Shown here in pieces: positions 16,985-26,646 of a DNA stretch of 39,191 bases. The translations under genes and the position numbers were made by a program. The notes beneath the pieces are model-generated. The model was not told where the DNA came from. It did no database searches and worked only from the letters and a program-made list of their open reading frames with translations. Within the stretch, counting starts at the first letter, position 1. Each line of letters starts with the position of its first letter. The stretch lies in the IMG/VR virus record IMGVR_UViG_3300010214_000036, positions 1-39,191 of that record. The stretch is one strand, 5' to 3'. Source of the stretch: a virus. Taxonomy: Duplodnaviria; Caudoviricetes.

Positions 16985-17376
16985 TCCGGGAACGCGGCCT
17001 GCTGCACCTTCTGCAGGGTGCGGAAGTACTTCTCGGCGAGGATGGCCGCTTCGACCATGTCGCGCTTGGAGAACTCTGCGGCCGCGTTCTCGCCGCCGAA
17101 CTTGCCGAGGAGCGACTTGAACTGGTCGATCGGGGTCGCGAACTCGGCCTGCATCTCGTCGACCTCGTCGAGGCTGAGGGTGAGCGGCACCTCGATGATC
17201 GTGCCGTCGACGAGGCGGCCGATGAACCGCTTCTCGACGATGATGTAGCGGACGTCGGGCACGGCCGCCTGGATCGCCTTCCGCTCGTCCTCCTCCGTCC
17301 ACGCGTCGAAGTCGTAGACGGGCTGTTCAGGCTCGGCGGGCTTCGCCGTGCTCTTGGTGGTGCGGGGTGCGGCCAT
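16981..17376 (-). CDS. Tail assembly chaperone (G)
   Basis: Between major tail and tape measure; GGAGG SD. Confidence 0.8.
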   Translation of the reverse strand: MAAPRTTKSTAKPAEPEQPVYDFDAWTEEDERKAIQAAVPDVRYIIVEKRFIGRLVDGTIIEVPLTLSLDEVDEMQAEFATPIDQFKSLLGKFGGENAAAEFSKRDMVEAAILAEKYFRTLQKVQQAAFPE

Positions 17377-17416
17377 GATGGCCCTCCAATCGGGGTTCTC
17401 GGGTTACGGGTGGTGG

Positions 17417-17451
17417 ACTGGCCGGGGCGACCCGATAGCACCCCGGCCAGT
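17417..17451 (-). terminator. Stem-loop after the major tail gene
   Basis: actggccgggg ... ccccggccagt, an 11-bp inverted repeat. Confidence 0.6.
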
Positions 17452-17467
17452 CGTTCTCGGGCGACGC

Positions 17468-18238
17468 CTACGCGGCGTTGCCGGTCTCCCAGCTGTCGCC
17501 GTCCCAGTACGCGTGCGACGCGTCGCCGAGGATGACGTGCTGGCCGGTGGTCCACGCGGTCGACTGCCCGAGGGAGCCGAGCGCGCGCAGCGCGGCGAGG
17601 GTCGCCGGGGCGGCCGCGCCGGCCGGGGTGAACGCGCCGGGCGTGCCGGCGGTCGCGCCGGTCGCGGGGACGGTCCCGGGCTTGGCCGGGCCCCACTGCC
17701 AGAACGGGGCGCCGTTGAACAGGTCGTGCTCGAGCCACGTGAACGTGACCGCGGCGCCTTCGACGGAGCCGCGCTCCTGCTGGTCGGGCTCGACCGCGGA
17801 GATGAACGCGACGCCCTCCTTGCGCTTCTCGAAGCCGTTCCGGTACCGGGTCACCTCGTAGAGGATGAAGCGGTTGTCGGGCAGCGACGAGGAGACCTCG
17901 ATCACGCCGTGTTCGTCGGGCTCGGCGCCCTCGATGAGGGCCTGCACGGTCGGGTTCTGCTCGGCGAGACCGATCTGCACGGTCCGGGTGCCCTCGCCGG
18001 CGAGCTTGTACCCGACCTGGAAGAACTCGATCGCCTCGCCGGTCTCACGGCCGGGCGTGGGTCCGCCGTCCTGCTTGAACAGGCCGAGGCGCTTCGCCCC
18101 GGCCGGCAGCGCCAGCGGGCTCGCGCCAAGCCCGGACTTCGGGATGACGTTGGCGGGGTCCAGCGGCGCGAACGCGGCGAGCCCGGTGATCGGGACTCCG
18201 ACGGCGCCGAGGTCGTTGCCCTGCTCGTCAGCAGTCAT
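17468..18238 (-). CDS. Major tail protein with C-terminal extension
   Basis: GAAGGAGG SD; LGLFKQDGG motif; synteny. Confidence 0.85.
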   Translation of the reverse strand: MTADEQGNDLGAVGVPITGLAAFAPLDPANVIPKSGLGASPLALPAGAKRLGLFKQDGGPTPGRETGEAIEFFQVGYKLAGEGTRTVQIGLAEQNPTVQALIEGAEPDEHGVIEVSSSLPDNRFILYEVTRYRNGFEKRKEGVAFISAVEPDQQERGSVEGAAVTFTWLEHDLFNGAPFWQWGPAKPGTVPATGATAGTPGAFTPAGAAAPATLAALRALGSLGQSTAWTTGQHVILGDASHAYWDGDSWETGNAA

Positions 18239-18417
18239 GAGGGGGTGTCCTCCTTCTCCCGCTGAGCGGGCGTCATGGGGGTTCGGGACGAGGGCCGGCG
18301 GGGTGCCGGCTTCGTCCTCCGCGCCGTCTCGGGGCGCGGAGTCTGCGGGGCCGTCTCGACCGGCGCGGCGGCCGGCGGTGCGGGCGGGGCGGCGATGATG
18401 ACGTCGGCGTGGATCAT
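18235..18417 (-). CDS. Small Pro/Ala-rich hypothetical protein
   Basis: ATGA overlaps at both ends, filling the gap exactly. Confidence 0.6.
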   Translation of the reverse strand: MIHADVIIAAPPAPPAAAPVETAPQTPRPETARRTKPAPRRPSSRTPMTPAQREKEDTPS

Positions 18418-18866
18418 CCGGGTGCTCCTTCGTTCGGGGCTCCCCAGGAGCCGACGGCGATGTACTGGGCGGTCAGATACTGGCGGGCGACGTCGAGCTC
18501 CTCCGTGACCGCGTACGGGCCGTTGCAGCCACTGAAGTCGACGGTCGCGATCGGGCTACCCGGCACGAGGGGCAGCTCGTCGTCGAACAGGACGCCGGCG
18601 AGCCAGAGCGCGAGATCCTTCGCCGGGGTGTCGTACACCTTCGACCCAGCCAGGACGGATGCCCCGATGGAGCGATCGAAGGTGGTCCAGTCGGTCCGCG
18701 AGCCGGGGTCGTCGCGGATGACGACGAGCGGCCGCCCGAGCGGGAGCTGCTGGCCGAGGTCGGCGGGCTCCTTGTTGGAGACGTCCACGTCGTGCCCCTC
18801 GGCCGCGGCAAGCTCGCGCACGTAGTCGGTGAGCCACAGCTCGAGGTTCGGCGGGGTGACCCTCAC
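18414..18866 (-). CDS. Tail terminator protein
   Basis: Position before the major tail gene; P.VVIRDD.G motif. Confidence 0.7.
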   Translation of the reverse strand: MRVTPPNLELWLTDYVRELAAAEGHDVDVSNKEPADLGQQLPLGRPLVVIRDDPGSRTDWTTFDRSIGASVLAGSKVYDTPAKDLALWLAGVLFDDELPLVPGSPIATVDFSGCNGPYAVTEELDVARQYLTAQYIAVGSWGAPNEGAPG

Positions 18867-19156
18867 TGCTTCGCCGCCTTCAAGGCCCGGGCGAGGTTGC
18901 CCGTCTTGGACTCGATGAGCATGGTCTTCGGGTCACTGCCGACGACGCGCGTGGTGCGCCGGTAGCGCGACTCGTGGTGCTCGATGTGCAGGCCGCGCTC
19001 GTAGTCGCCGCTGTCGACCGGGGCGTTCGCCTTGGCGGCGGCGAGGGCTGCCGCTCCGACGCTGTCGACGAGCCGCTCGACGCCGGGCTGGCGGAGCACG
19101 GTCTCGAAGAATCGGGGGTTGAACTCGACGTCGGTGTCGCCACTGCGGGCCATCAC
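18863..19156 (-). CDS. HK97 gp10-like tail completion protein
   Basis: AKANAPVDSG.Y and IESKTG.L.RAL motifs. Confidence 0.8.
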   Translation of the reverse strand: MMARSGDTDVEFNPRFFETVLRQPGVERLVDSVGAAALAAAKANAPVDSGDYERGLHIEHHESRYRRTTRVVGSDPKTMLIESKTGNLARALKAAKQ

Positions 19157-19168
19157 GGCCTCCTTCGG

Positions 19169-19528
19169 TCAGCCGACCGAACGGGTCAGCGGGATCTCAC
19201 GGGCCGGCGTCCAGCCGGTGAAAGGGTTCGTGTCGGCGGCGGGCGGGATGCCGTCGATCGTGTAGACCGAGGCACCCTCCTCGCCGTCGCGGATGCGGTC
19301 GCCCTTCTGGACGTCGGCGTCCGGGGCGCAGTAGAGGGACTTCGCTTCCAGCGCCTGCGAGCGGGTCGCGTCGCCGAGCATCGAGGTCGAGGTCGACGCG
19401 ACGAACGCGCCCTCGATGGGGAGGACGTCGGGCGTCGCCCAGTCACCGCCGACAAGCTTCTTGCTGTAGGGGTCGAGGACCGGCTTCGCGCGGAGGCGGT
19501 AGACCGTTCGGCCGTGCTCGAAGTGCAT
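19169..19528 (-). CDS. Head-to-tail stopper
   Basis: GAGGAGG SD before ATG 19528; DV..GDRI...Y.I.G.P pattern. Confidence 0.75.
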   Translation of the reverse strand: MHFEHGRTVYRLRAKPVLDPYSKKLVGGDWATPDVLPIEGAFVASTSTSMLGDATRSQALEAKSLYCAPDADVQKGDRIRDGEEGASVYTIDGIPPAADTNPFTGWTPAREIPLTRSVG

Positions 19529-19541
19529 CGGAGCCGCCTCC

Positions 19542-19898
19542 TCAGTGGCGCTCCGGCCAGAGCCGGGCGATCGGCCGGTCGGTCGGGAAGCTGCCAACCG
19601 AGTGCCCCTCGGCGGCGGGTGCGGCGCAGAGAGCGCGGAGCGCGCGGCGCGGCTGGCCGTCGAACGCGGACGCGACGACGGCGTACTCGACAGCGGCGGG
19701 GCCGATCCGTTGCGACTTGATCGAGCGCGCACCGCGGGCGGCGCAGTCTCGGTAGACGCGGCGGAGGATGGCGATGGCATCCTTCCGCTCCTCGCTGTCG
19801 TCGGGGAAGGCTGAGATGCAGGGGGCGATGTCGCGACCGACGATGAGAACTTCGCGTGCGAGGTCCTCATCGGTGCCGATCTCGTCGTGTTTGATCAC
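19542..19898 (-). CDS. Head-to-tail adaptor
   Basis: IAPCI and SQRIGP..VEY motifs; follows the capsid genes. Confidence 0.75.
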   Translation of the reverse strand: MIKHDEIGTDEDLAREVLIVGRDIAPCISAFPDDSEERKDAIAILRRVYRDCAARGARSIKSQRIGPAAVEYAVVASAFDGQPRRALRALCAAPAAEGHSVGSFPTDRPIARLWPERH

Positions 19899-19917
19899 GT
19901 CATCGCCCCCTGGTCAT

Positions 19918-20253
19918 CTACTTCGTCGCCGTGCCGACGAGGCCGACCGACTGGGCGTGCTTGACGCCCTCCTTGGTGTACTCGTCGCCGACGGGAGTGC
20001 CGCGGTACACGTACCGCTCACCACCGGCCACGAGGGGCAGGACCGCGACGGGCCCGAGCACGACGAGGGCGGGCGCCTTCGCCGTGGCGGGCTTCGCCGG
20101 AGTCGCCTTCGCCGGAGTCGCCTTGTCGGCCGCGGCGGCCGGTTCAGGCGAGGTGGTGGCCTTGTTCGCGGACTCGCCGGGCTCGACGGGATCGGTGGCC
20201 GGTTCGCTGGGCTGCGTGGTCGTCGTCGTCGCGGCGGCCTTCGCGGCGGCCAT
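19918..20253 (-). CDS. Hypothetical virion-associated protein with Ala/Pro/Thr/Lys linker
   Basis: ATG overlaps the capsid stop. Low-complexity N terminus and ~45-aa globular C terminus. Confidence 0.7.
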   Translation of the reverse strand: MAAAKAAATTTTTQPSEPATDPVEPGESANKATTSPEPAAAADKATPAKATPAKPATAKAPALVVLGPVAVLPLVAGGERYVYRGTPVGDEYTKEGVKHAQSVGLVGTATK

Positions 20254-21167
20254 CAGAGGCCCGTCCCGAGGAGCTGGACGCCGGCGAGCGGCTCGGTGAC
20301 GACGGGCACCGTGACACGGCGGCCGCGGACCTTGTAGCCCTCGGTGTCGTCGTCGCGGATCGACTTCACCTCGACGCCGAAGCTGCCAGCCGAGGCGTAG
20401 CCGGGGCCGCCGAGCTTCTCGTCGGCCATGCCGCCGAGGTTGTCGCGGTCGAGCAGCAGGGGGTTCGTCCCCTGGAAGTGCGGCGTGGTGGCCCAGGTGA
20501 GCCCCAGCGCGTTGACCGGCAGGCTTCCCTGGATCGCGGTCTCGCCGGACTCCCGGGGCAGCGCCTTGTCGTCGATGAGCATGCCGATGACCTTCGCGTA
20601 CTGCGCCGGCCGGAGCACGATCGTCTCGAGCTCGAAGCCGAGGCCGAGCTCGGCCCGCTCCGCCTGGATCGTGAGGATCGACTCGACGGCTGCGCCGGCC
20701 GAATCCCACGTTCCCGAGTTGAACGTGCTCGACACGCGGGACGCGATGACGGCCATCGCGACCGAGTCGACGAACCGGACGATCGAGTTGCTGACGCGGA
20801 GGATGCCGCGGTCGACCGGGGTGCGCCCCTGGCGGGCGATCTTCTCGTCCGAGATGATCGTGTCCAGGCCCCACTTGTCGGTCTTCGCCGAGACGACGGT
20901 GCCGTCTTCGAGGACGACGACCGGGTACTCGCCCAGAGGGGCGACGGCCTCGGGGTCGTCCTTCGCGAAAACCGGCTCGCCGGTCTCGTAGAAGATCCCG
21001 CCGCCGGTCGCGTCGAAACGACCCTGCAGCAGGTAGTCGGCGATGAACCGCATCTTGGTGATGTCCGCCACGCGGCGGGCGATGAGGTTCGAGCGGGACA
21101 GGAACAGGTGCAGCTGTTCCGTGGTGAGCGTTCCCGAAGGGTGGCTCACGGGGTAGGTGTACGACAC
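20253..21167 (-). CDS. Major capsid protein
   Basis: 304 aa after protease and decoration genes; V.P.GEYP...KWGL...IS.E motif. Confidence 0.88.
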   Translation of the reverse strand: MSYTYPVSHPSGTLTTEQLHLFLSRSNLIARRVADITKMRFIADYLLQGRFDATGGGIFYETGEPVFAKDDPEAVAPLGEYPVVVLEDGTVVSAKTDKWGLDTIISDEKIARQGRTPVDRGILRVSNSIVRFVDSVAMAVIASRVSSTFNSGTWDSAGAAVESILTIQAERAELGLGFELETIVLRPAQYAKVIGMLIDDKALPRESGETAIQGSLPVNALGLTWATTPHFQGTNPLLLDRDNLGGMADEKLGGPGYASAGSFGVEVKSIRDDDTEGYKVRGRRVTVPVVTEPLAGVQLLGTGL

Positions 21168-21178
21168 GTCATCTCCTC

Positions 21179-21544
21179 TCAGATGAACAGGACGTCGATG
21201 ACGTCGTTGTCGGCGGCCGCGGACTCGAGCGCGAGACCGACGGGGTTGGTGGTGGAACCGAGCGTCTGGACCTTGCCCGAGCCGGCGGACGAGACCTTCG
21301 CGCCAGCAGCGATGGCGCCGCTCGCGACGAGGGGGTGGACTCCGCCGGCCCGAGTGAAGACGGTGACCCGCTCTCCGGCCTTGGCGTCGAAGCCGGCGAC
21401 ACCGACGACGGCGGCCGAGTCAGCGCCCGCGGGCCCGACGGTCCGGGCTCCGGTGACGGCGACCAGACGGCCACCGGTCACGTCGGCCGACGCCGCGAAC
21501 GTCACCGCCTGGCCGGGCTTGAACTTGGGCAGGTAGTCAGCCAT
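21179..21544 (-). CDS. Capsid cement/decoration protein
   Basis: GAAGGAGG SD before ATG 21544; A.GAIAAG..V.....G.V.....VG.A...A pattern. Confidence 0.8.
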   Translation of the reverse strand: MADYLPKFKPGQAVTFAASADVTGGRLVAVTGARTVGPAGADSAAVVGVAGFDAKAGERVTVFTRAGGVHPLVASGAIAAGAKVSSAGSGKVQTLGSTTNPVGLALESAAADNDVIDVLFI

Positions 21545-21545
21545 C

Positions 21546-22751
21546 TCAGGCCTCCTTCTCGGTCGAGCCGTACACCTGGCCGTACAGCGCGTCGTCCACG
21601 CTGGTGAGGGTGTCGGAGTGGCCGACCTCCTCGACCGGCACGGCGTTCTTGGGGAAGGACTCGAGCAGCGCGGCGATGCCGGGCTCGTCCTGGTCGAGCT
21701 GGGCGCGCCAGCCGTCCTTCGAGGCGGCCGAGATGCGGCCGTCGGTGAGGGCAGCGGCGATGATGCCGTCGCGCCGGGAGGCGTCGATGGTGTCCATCGC
21801 CTTCCGGCCTGCGGCGGCGTCGCGCACGAGCTCCTCGTGGGCCGCCTTGTCGACGACGATCGCGCCGTCGGGGATCTTCGCGGCCGGGGCCGCCGGGGTG
21901 TCGAGCTGCTCCTCGAGCGCCTCGTCGAGCGCTGCCAGCAGCGTCTCGTCGGAGGCCACGGCATCGGTCACACCGAGCCGCTCACGGAGGCCAGCCTTCA
22001 GGTCGTCGTATCCCACGACGTTCTCCTTTCGGATGGGTTCACCCGGCTCGGTCGAGCTCGGGAGCTTGCCGGCATCCGCACGAGCGGCAGCCTGACGGCC
22101 GCCCTTTCGCGCGAACACCGAGAGGTCGAACTTCGCCTTCGCGGCCGCGGCGTCGCCGACGCCCTCGACCCGGTCGGCGAGCTTCTCGGCGACGGCCTCG
22201 TCGGCCGTGAGGAATCGGTCCTTGTCCATCTCGGCGAGCCAGTGCTCGACCGAGTCGCCTGACTTCGCCGCGTAGACGCTGGCGATGTTGCGGTCGAAGT
22301 GCTGCTCGAGGTCGTCGGCCATGGACCGGAGGTCGGCCGCGTCGCCGATGACGACGCCCCACGCGTTGTGGATGTACAGCTCGCTGTTGCGCATCATGAC
22401 CAGTTCGTCCGCGGCGGCGGCGATGAACGATGCCGACGACGCGGCGATGCCCTCGACGACCGCGACGACGCGGGCCTTGTGAGCGCGCAGGGCGTTCATG
22501 ATCGCGATGCCTTCCATCACCTCGCCGCCGGGCGAGTTGATCAGGAGCCGGATCTCGCTGACGTCGTCGGGCAACTCGTCAAGGACGCGGGTGAACTCCT
22601 TCGCGGAGACGCCCCACCAGTCGCCGTAGCTGTCGATCGGGTCGTAGAGCCGGAGCGTCGCCGTGGCGCCTTCCGTCTTCGCGGAGGGGGCCTCCATGCG
22701 GATCGGCGTGCGCTCGGCGCTGGCGCGCCCGGGCGGTCGGAACGGGTTCAT
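21546..22751 (-). CDS. ClpP-type prohead protease fused to scaffold
   Basis: INSPGG.V, GIAASSAS, IHN and A.EAV...LAD motifs; C-terminal helical scaffold domain. Confidence 0.92.
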   Translation of the reverse strand: MNPFRPPGRASAERTPIRMEAPSAKTEGATATLRLYDPIDSYGDWWGVSAKEFTRVLDELPDDVSEIRLLINSPGGEVMEGIAIMNALRAHKARVVAVVEGIAASSASFIAAAADELVMMRNSELYIHNAWGVVIGDAADLRSMADDLEQHFDRNIASVYAAKSGDSVEHWLAEMDKDRFLTADEAVAEKLADRVEGVGDAAAAKAKFDLSVFARKGGRQAAARADAGKLPSSTEPGEPIRKENVVGYDDLKAGLRERLGVTDAVASDETLLAALDEALEEQLDTPAAPAAKIPDGAIVVDKAAHEELVRDAAAGRKAMDTIDASRRDGIIAAALTDGRISAASKDGWRAQLDQDEPGIAALLESFPKNAVPVEEVGHSDTLTSVDDALYGQVYGSTEKEA

Positions 22752-24187
22752 GCGGCCTCCTCGGGCTCGTTCGATGGGATGCGGTCGACGTCGGGTCCGT
22801 CGCCTTCGAGCTCGGCGCCCGCCTTGCGGATCAGCTCGCGGACCTCCGCCTGCGACAGCGCGAACTTGTCGGTCGTGAGGTAGAGCCGCTGGGCGGTGAT
22901 CGCCGCGTCCATCGCGACCTGCCGGGCCGCCTCCGGGTCGACGCCCTTCGCGGCGAGCTCGGCGGCGAGCACGGGCAGCCCGTACTTCGCGCGTAGGAAC
23001 TCCTGCAGCTCGGGGTCTGGGGTGAGCGCACCGCAGTCGATGAGCGCCTTGATCGCCTCGGCAGTGACGGGCTGCTGTTCACCGATCGGCGCGGGAACGA
23101 GCCGGGGTGCCGGCTCGCTCGTGCCCCAGTTCAGGTCGACGAGATCCTCGATGACGTGCTGCTGGGTGACGTCGGCGATGTGCTGGGCGACGGCGTTCAG
23201 CGAGTCGGTGAAGAAGTTCGCGAACGTCGACCCGAGCGCCCATGATCCGGTCTCGGTGCCGAGGTTCAGGAAGTGCGCGAGCACGGCGCGGGCGATCTGC
23301 TCGTCGTAGTACCGGATCGGCCTGTCGGTGTCGGGCAGCTTCCCGGTGACGCCGACGAACTGCAGCGTCGACCCGTGCGCGAGAGAGGCGCCGGCGGCCT
23401 CGCCGGCGCGGGCCTGCTTCGCGATCTCGAGGCCGCGCGCGACCTCCTTCTCCATCCACGCGATGGTCTCGTCGAAGTCGCCGCCCTCGGGCGGCGTGCC
23501 CATCGTGAACACCGGCAGGCCGAGACCGTTCCGCTCCGCGGTGAGCGCTTGGATGCGCAGCAGCCGGTCCTTCAGCAGCCACATCTTGTAGGCCGCCCGC
23601 AGGAGCGACTCGCCGATCCAGTTCGCGCCCTCGCGTTCGTTCACGAAGGCGACGAGCCGGTCGACGGGGATGCGGACGTCGGCGCGACCGGCGGTGCCGT
23701 GCTGGCGGATCGCGACGAGGCCGCCGTCGCGGGCGACCTCGATGTCGGAGATCGTGCGCGGCGGCCGCCAGGCGAGCTTCGCGAGCCGGGTGGAGCCGGT
23801 CGACTGGTCGTAGACCTGCTCGAAGTAGGAGTGCCCGTAGGGCAGGGAGAGCAGCGCGAGCCGCAGGAACTCCTTGAACGAGAACCGGCCCTTCGTGCGG
23901 AGCGGGGCGACGTAGGGCTGCCCCTTCACCGGCAGCCCGAGGTCAGCGGCGATCTGATCGACAACCTCGTCTCGGCACCCGGTACCGTCGAGCACCCAGT
24001 CGGTGCGCATGATCGTCAGCGTCACCGCGCGCAGCACGGACTTGACCTGCGGGTCCTCGCGCCGCATCCGGTCGAACACGTCGATGGAGAGGGGCCACTG
24101 CAGATCGGGGTTCGTCTCGTGCGTCTCCGCGGCGAGCTTGCCCCAGCCGAGAAGGCCGCTGTCCGCCTGGTAACCGATCTCTGCCAA
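22748..24187 (-). CDS. Portal protein
   Basis: Follows TerL; GESLLRAAY..W..K, ER.G.G.P and GS.ALG motifs (Mu gp29/DUF935 type). Confidence 0.9.
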   Translation of the reverse strand: MAEIGYQADSGLLGWGKLAAETHETNPDLQWPLSIDVFDRMRREDPQVKSVLRAVTLTIMRTDWVLDGTGCRDEVVDQIAADLGLPVKGQPYVAPLRTKGRFSFKEFLRLALLSLPYGHSYFEQVYDQSTGSTRLAKLAWRPPRTISDIEVARDGGLVAIRQHGTAGRADVRIPVDRLVAFVNEREGANWIGESLLRAAYKMWLLKDRLLRIQALTAERNGLGLPVFTMGTPPEGGDFDETIAWMEKEVARGLEIAKQARAGEAAGASLAHGSTLQFVGVTGKLPDTDRPIRYYDEQIARAVLAHFLNLGTETGSWALGSTFANFFTDSLNAVAQHIADVTQQHVIEDLVDLNWGTSEPAPRLVPAPIGEQQPVTAEAIKALIDCGALTPDPELQEFLRAKYGLPVLAAELAAKGVDPEAARQVAMDAAITAQRLYLTTDKFALSQAEVRELIRKAGAELEGDGPDVDRIPSNEPEEAA

Positions 24188-24203
24188 GGCGGGACCTCCT
24201 TCA

Positions 24204-25793
24204 TCAGAACCCCGCCGAGGCGAGGTCCACTTCGTTGCCGGTCACGGAGGTGCGAGTGAGCACCGCCGCGGGCGGCGGCGGCGTCCGCTTCTTGGGGGTC
24301 GCTTCGGACTTGAGGACGCCCCAGAACGCCCAGGTCACGGCCTGTGCCTGGGTGACGGGCTTCGTCGGGTCGGACTGCTCCCACGTGAACCCGGCCCGGC
24401 CGACGGCGCGGGTCGTGGCGAGCTCGAGTGACTTCGTCACCTCGGGCTGGTCTCGGTGCGGGACCATGCCCGCGTTGACCATCTCGATGAACAGGGCGTG
24501 CGCTGCGGCGATCTCGTCGAGGTTCATGGCGAGGTACTTCACCCCGGCCGCGTCGAGCTGCCCGATCACGGCGGCCGCGTTCTTCGGGTCGAGGACGACG
24601 AGCGCGTTCCCGAGCTCCGCCTTCAGCGCTTTCACGTCGGCGGCCAGCCAGAGCGTCCCGGCTGCCGTCTTGTGGTGCTCGACGGCGATGTGTTCGTCGT
24701 CGACACGGATGGCCTTCGCGATCGTCGCTGACCCGCCGCCGCGGCCGAGGGCCAGGGCGATGACCGCGCCGTCGCCGGCGACTCCAGCGTCGTCGCGGGC
24801 GTGCCGCTTCCACACGTCGAGGTCGAGCTCGGAGCGCTTCTCCGCGACCTCGGGGCGGCGGCTCGGCCAGATCGAGCACCGCTGCCGGGCGAACGCCTCG
24901 GGGTTGGTCTGCCCCATCCGGTCCCAGTCGTCCTGAACCGTCTTCCACGCGAGCCGGATGCCGAGGCCCGGGTTTGCCTCGCGCCACGTCTGCGGATCGC
25001 CGAGGTCGATCTTCTCCGCGGTGTCCGGGTCGTCGGACCCGACGGGGGTGTGCTCGATCCATCCGGTGCGCTCGAACCCGCCCTTGCGGCCCCGGTCGCG
25101 CAGACCCTCGAAGTACTCGCCGTCCTGGTCCTCCTTCGGGACCGTGCCGGTGAACAGGACCTGCTTGTTCGGGCTGGCATCCGTCGCCGGCAGGAGCGCC
25201 TCGAGGATGGTCAGTGGCGAGTGCTGCGCCTCGTCCACGATCAGCACGTCGAACGAGACGCCGACGCCCGCGGCACCGGTGCGGGTGAAGAACACGAGGC
25301 GGTTGCCGTTCTTCAGCTCGATCGCCCAGTTCCCATTCCCGGTCGAGATGCCGGTCACGCCCTGCGCGGTCTGCTTCCCGCCGCCGACGAGCTCGGCGCG
25401 GAGGATCGGCGACGCGAGGATGGTCCGGCGTGCTCGACGGAACGCCTCGCGGGCGGTGGCCCCCTCGTGCGCGGTGTGGCCGATCAGCTTCGGGGCACCG
25501 TCCTCCCGGGGCCACAGGTAGAGGTGGGCGAGCTCGTACGGCAGCAGAATGTTGCCCTTGCCCTGCTGGCGGGAGACGAGCACCCCGAACTCGGTCGCGG
25601 CCCACTGCCCGTCGGCGTCGATCGAGGCGATCGCTTCGAGCCCGCCCTCCTGCCACGGGTCGCACGTGATGTTCGCCAGGTCGGCGATGTCGAGGATGTC
25701 GTCGAGGAGCGAGTCGACGCGGCTAGGCGGAAGCGCCCTTACCCGCGGCTCTTGCAGCCCGAGCTGCGCGGGCTTCGGCGAGTTGGTCGGCAA
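24204..25793 (-). CDS. terL: Terminase large subunit
   Basis: PWQ motif, Walker A variant SRQQGKG, Walker B LIVDEAQ, W.EANP.LG. Confidence 0.93.
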   Translation of the reverse strand: MPTNSPKPAQLGLQEPRVRALPPSRVDSLLDDILDIADLANITCDPWQEGGLEAIASIDADGQWAATEFGVLVSRQQGKGNILLPYELAHLYLWPREDGAPKLIGHTAHEGATAREAFRRARRTILASPILRAELVGGGKQTAQGVTGISTGNGNWAIELKNGNRLVFFTRTGAAGVGVSFDVLIVDEAQHSPLTILEALLPATDASPNKQVLFTGTVPKEDQDGEYFEGLRDRGRKGGFERTGWIEHTPVGSDDPDTAEKIDLGDPQTWREANPGLGIRLAWKTVQDDWDRMGQTNPEAFARQRCSIWPSRRPEVAEKRSELDLDVWKRHARDDAGVAGDGAVIALALGRGGGSATIAKAIRVDDEHIAVEHHKTAAGTLWLAADVKALKAELGNALVVLDPKNAAAVIGQLDAAGVKYLAMNLDEIAAAHALFIEMVNAGMVPHRDQPEVTKSLELATTRAVGRAGFTWEQSDPTKPVTQAQAVTWAFWGVLKSEATPKKRTPPPPAAVLTRTSVTGNEVDLASAGF

Positions 25794-26154
25794 GGCTCAG
25801 CTCCTTCGGGGGCTCAGCAGGCCCACGCACGGCCTCGACGACGGCACGGAACTCGCGAGCGACCGGCGCGATCCGCGCCGGGTCCTCCTCCGCGACGGTC
25901 TTGAGTGCCTTCCGGAGCGCGTCGAGGATCAGCTTCATGTCGTCCGGCTCGCCGCCGCGCGCGACGTCCTCGTCAGCCTCGGCACCGGCGCCGAGCTCGC
26001 CCGGGTCGTCTTCGGCGGGCATCGACGGGCGCCGTGACGTCTTCCGCCCGGCCTGGGTGTGCGCTCGACGGCACGCCGCGTCCACGTCCTCACCGTTTCG
26101 GAGGTGGCGGCGGTACGCCGCATCGGTGCCACAGGGGGCCTTGGGCCTACCCAT
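25723..26154 (-). CDS. Putative terminase small subunit
   Basis: Immediately upstream of TerL; helical C terminus; N-terminal CGT..AYRRH.R.GE....C..AH Zn motif. Confidence 0.7.
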   Translation of the reverse strand: MGRPKAPCGTDAAYRRHLRNGEDVDAACRRAHTQAGRKTSRRPSMPAEDDPGELGAGAEADEDVARGGEPDDMKLILDALRKALKTVAEEDPARIAPVAREFRAVVEAVRGPAEPPKELSLADQLAEARAARAARAAGKGASA

Positions 26155-26256
26155 CGCTCCGCCCTCCCCTCCGAATTCCCCCACGCTCGTATTCACCTGC
26201 GGAGAGAGCTGCCGCGACCGCGCGGGAGGCTGGCAGCGCCCGCGAGCCGCTGGATT

Positions 26257-26598
26257 TTATGCGGGCGTATGCAGCGGCTCGCGGGTCTGGAATCGTCGGT
26301 AGTTGTTCTCGCTGTAAGTGACTACCTCGAGATGGTCTGGGTTCACGCAGCGACGATTGAGGCAGAGGTGGTCGATAGTCTCGCCCGGCGGGATGGGGGC
26401 ACGTAGGTGTTCCCACATAGCGCGATGCGCGGTGGTGTTCCGACCGTGGCGGGCGATCTGCCCATAGCCACCGGACATGAGAGTCCCTGTCCACTGCCAG
26501 CAGCCAGTAGACGGGTCGACGTCGTACCGGGACATGAGCCGCTCCGCGAAGGAGCGGTCGTCGCGCGGCCTCGAGTTCCTGCCGGCGTCTCTGCTCAT
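26257..26598 (-). CDS. HNH endonuclease (homing type)
   Basis: CW.W.G....GYG...AHR..W...IP.G..IDHLC.NRRCVNP.HLE.VT..EN. Confidence 0.9.
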   Translation of the reverse strand: MSRDAGRNSRPRDDRSFAERLMSRYDVDPSTGCWQWTGTLMSGGYGQIARHGRNTTAHRAMWEHLRAPIPPGETIDHLCLNRRCVNPDHLEVVTYSENNYRRFQTREPLHTPA

Positions 26599-26646
26599 GA
26601 CCCGCCTCCCGTCTATGGTTGCCCGGGCCGGGTTGCGGTGGGGCGG

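Noticed and set aside
14313-17120. 935-aa plus-strand ORF and similar long ORFs (6629-8161, 8032-9555, 13384-14775, 35813-36973)
   Set aside because: Antisense shadows of clear minus-strand genes in GC-rich DNA, with no motifs.
20075-20125. 15-bp tandem repeat
   Set aside because: Encodes the ATPAK low-complexity linker; not a CRISPR array or iteron.
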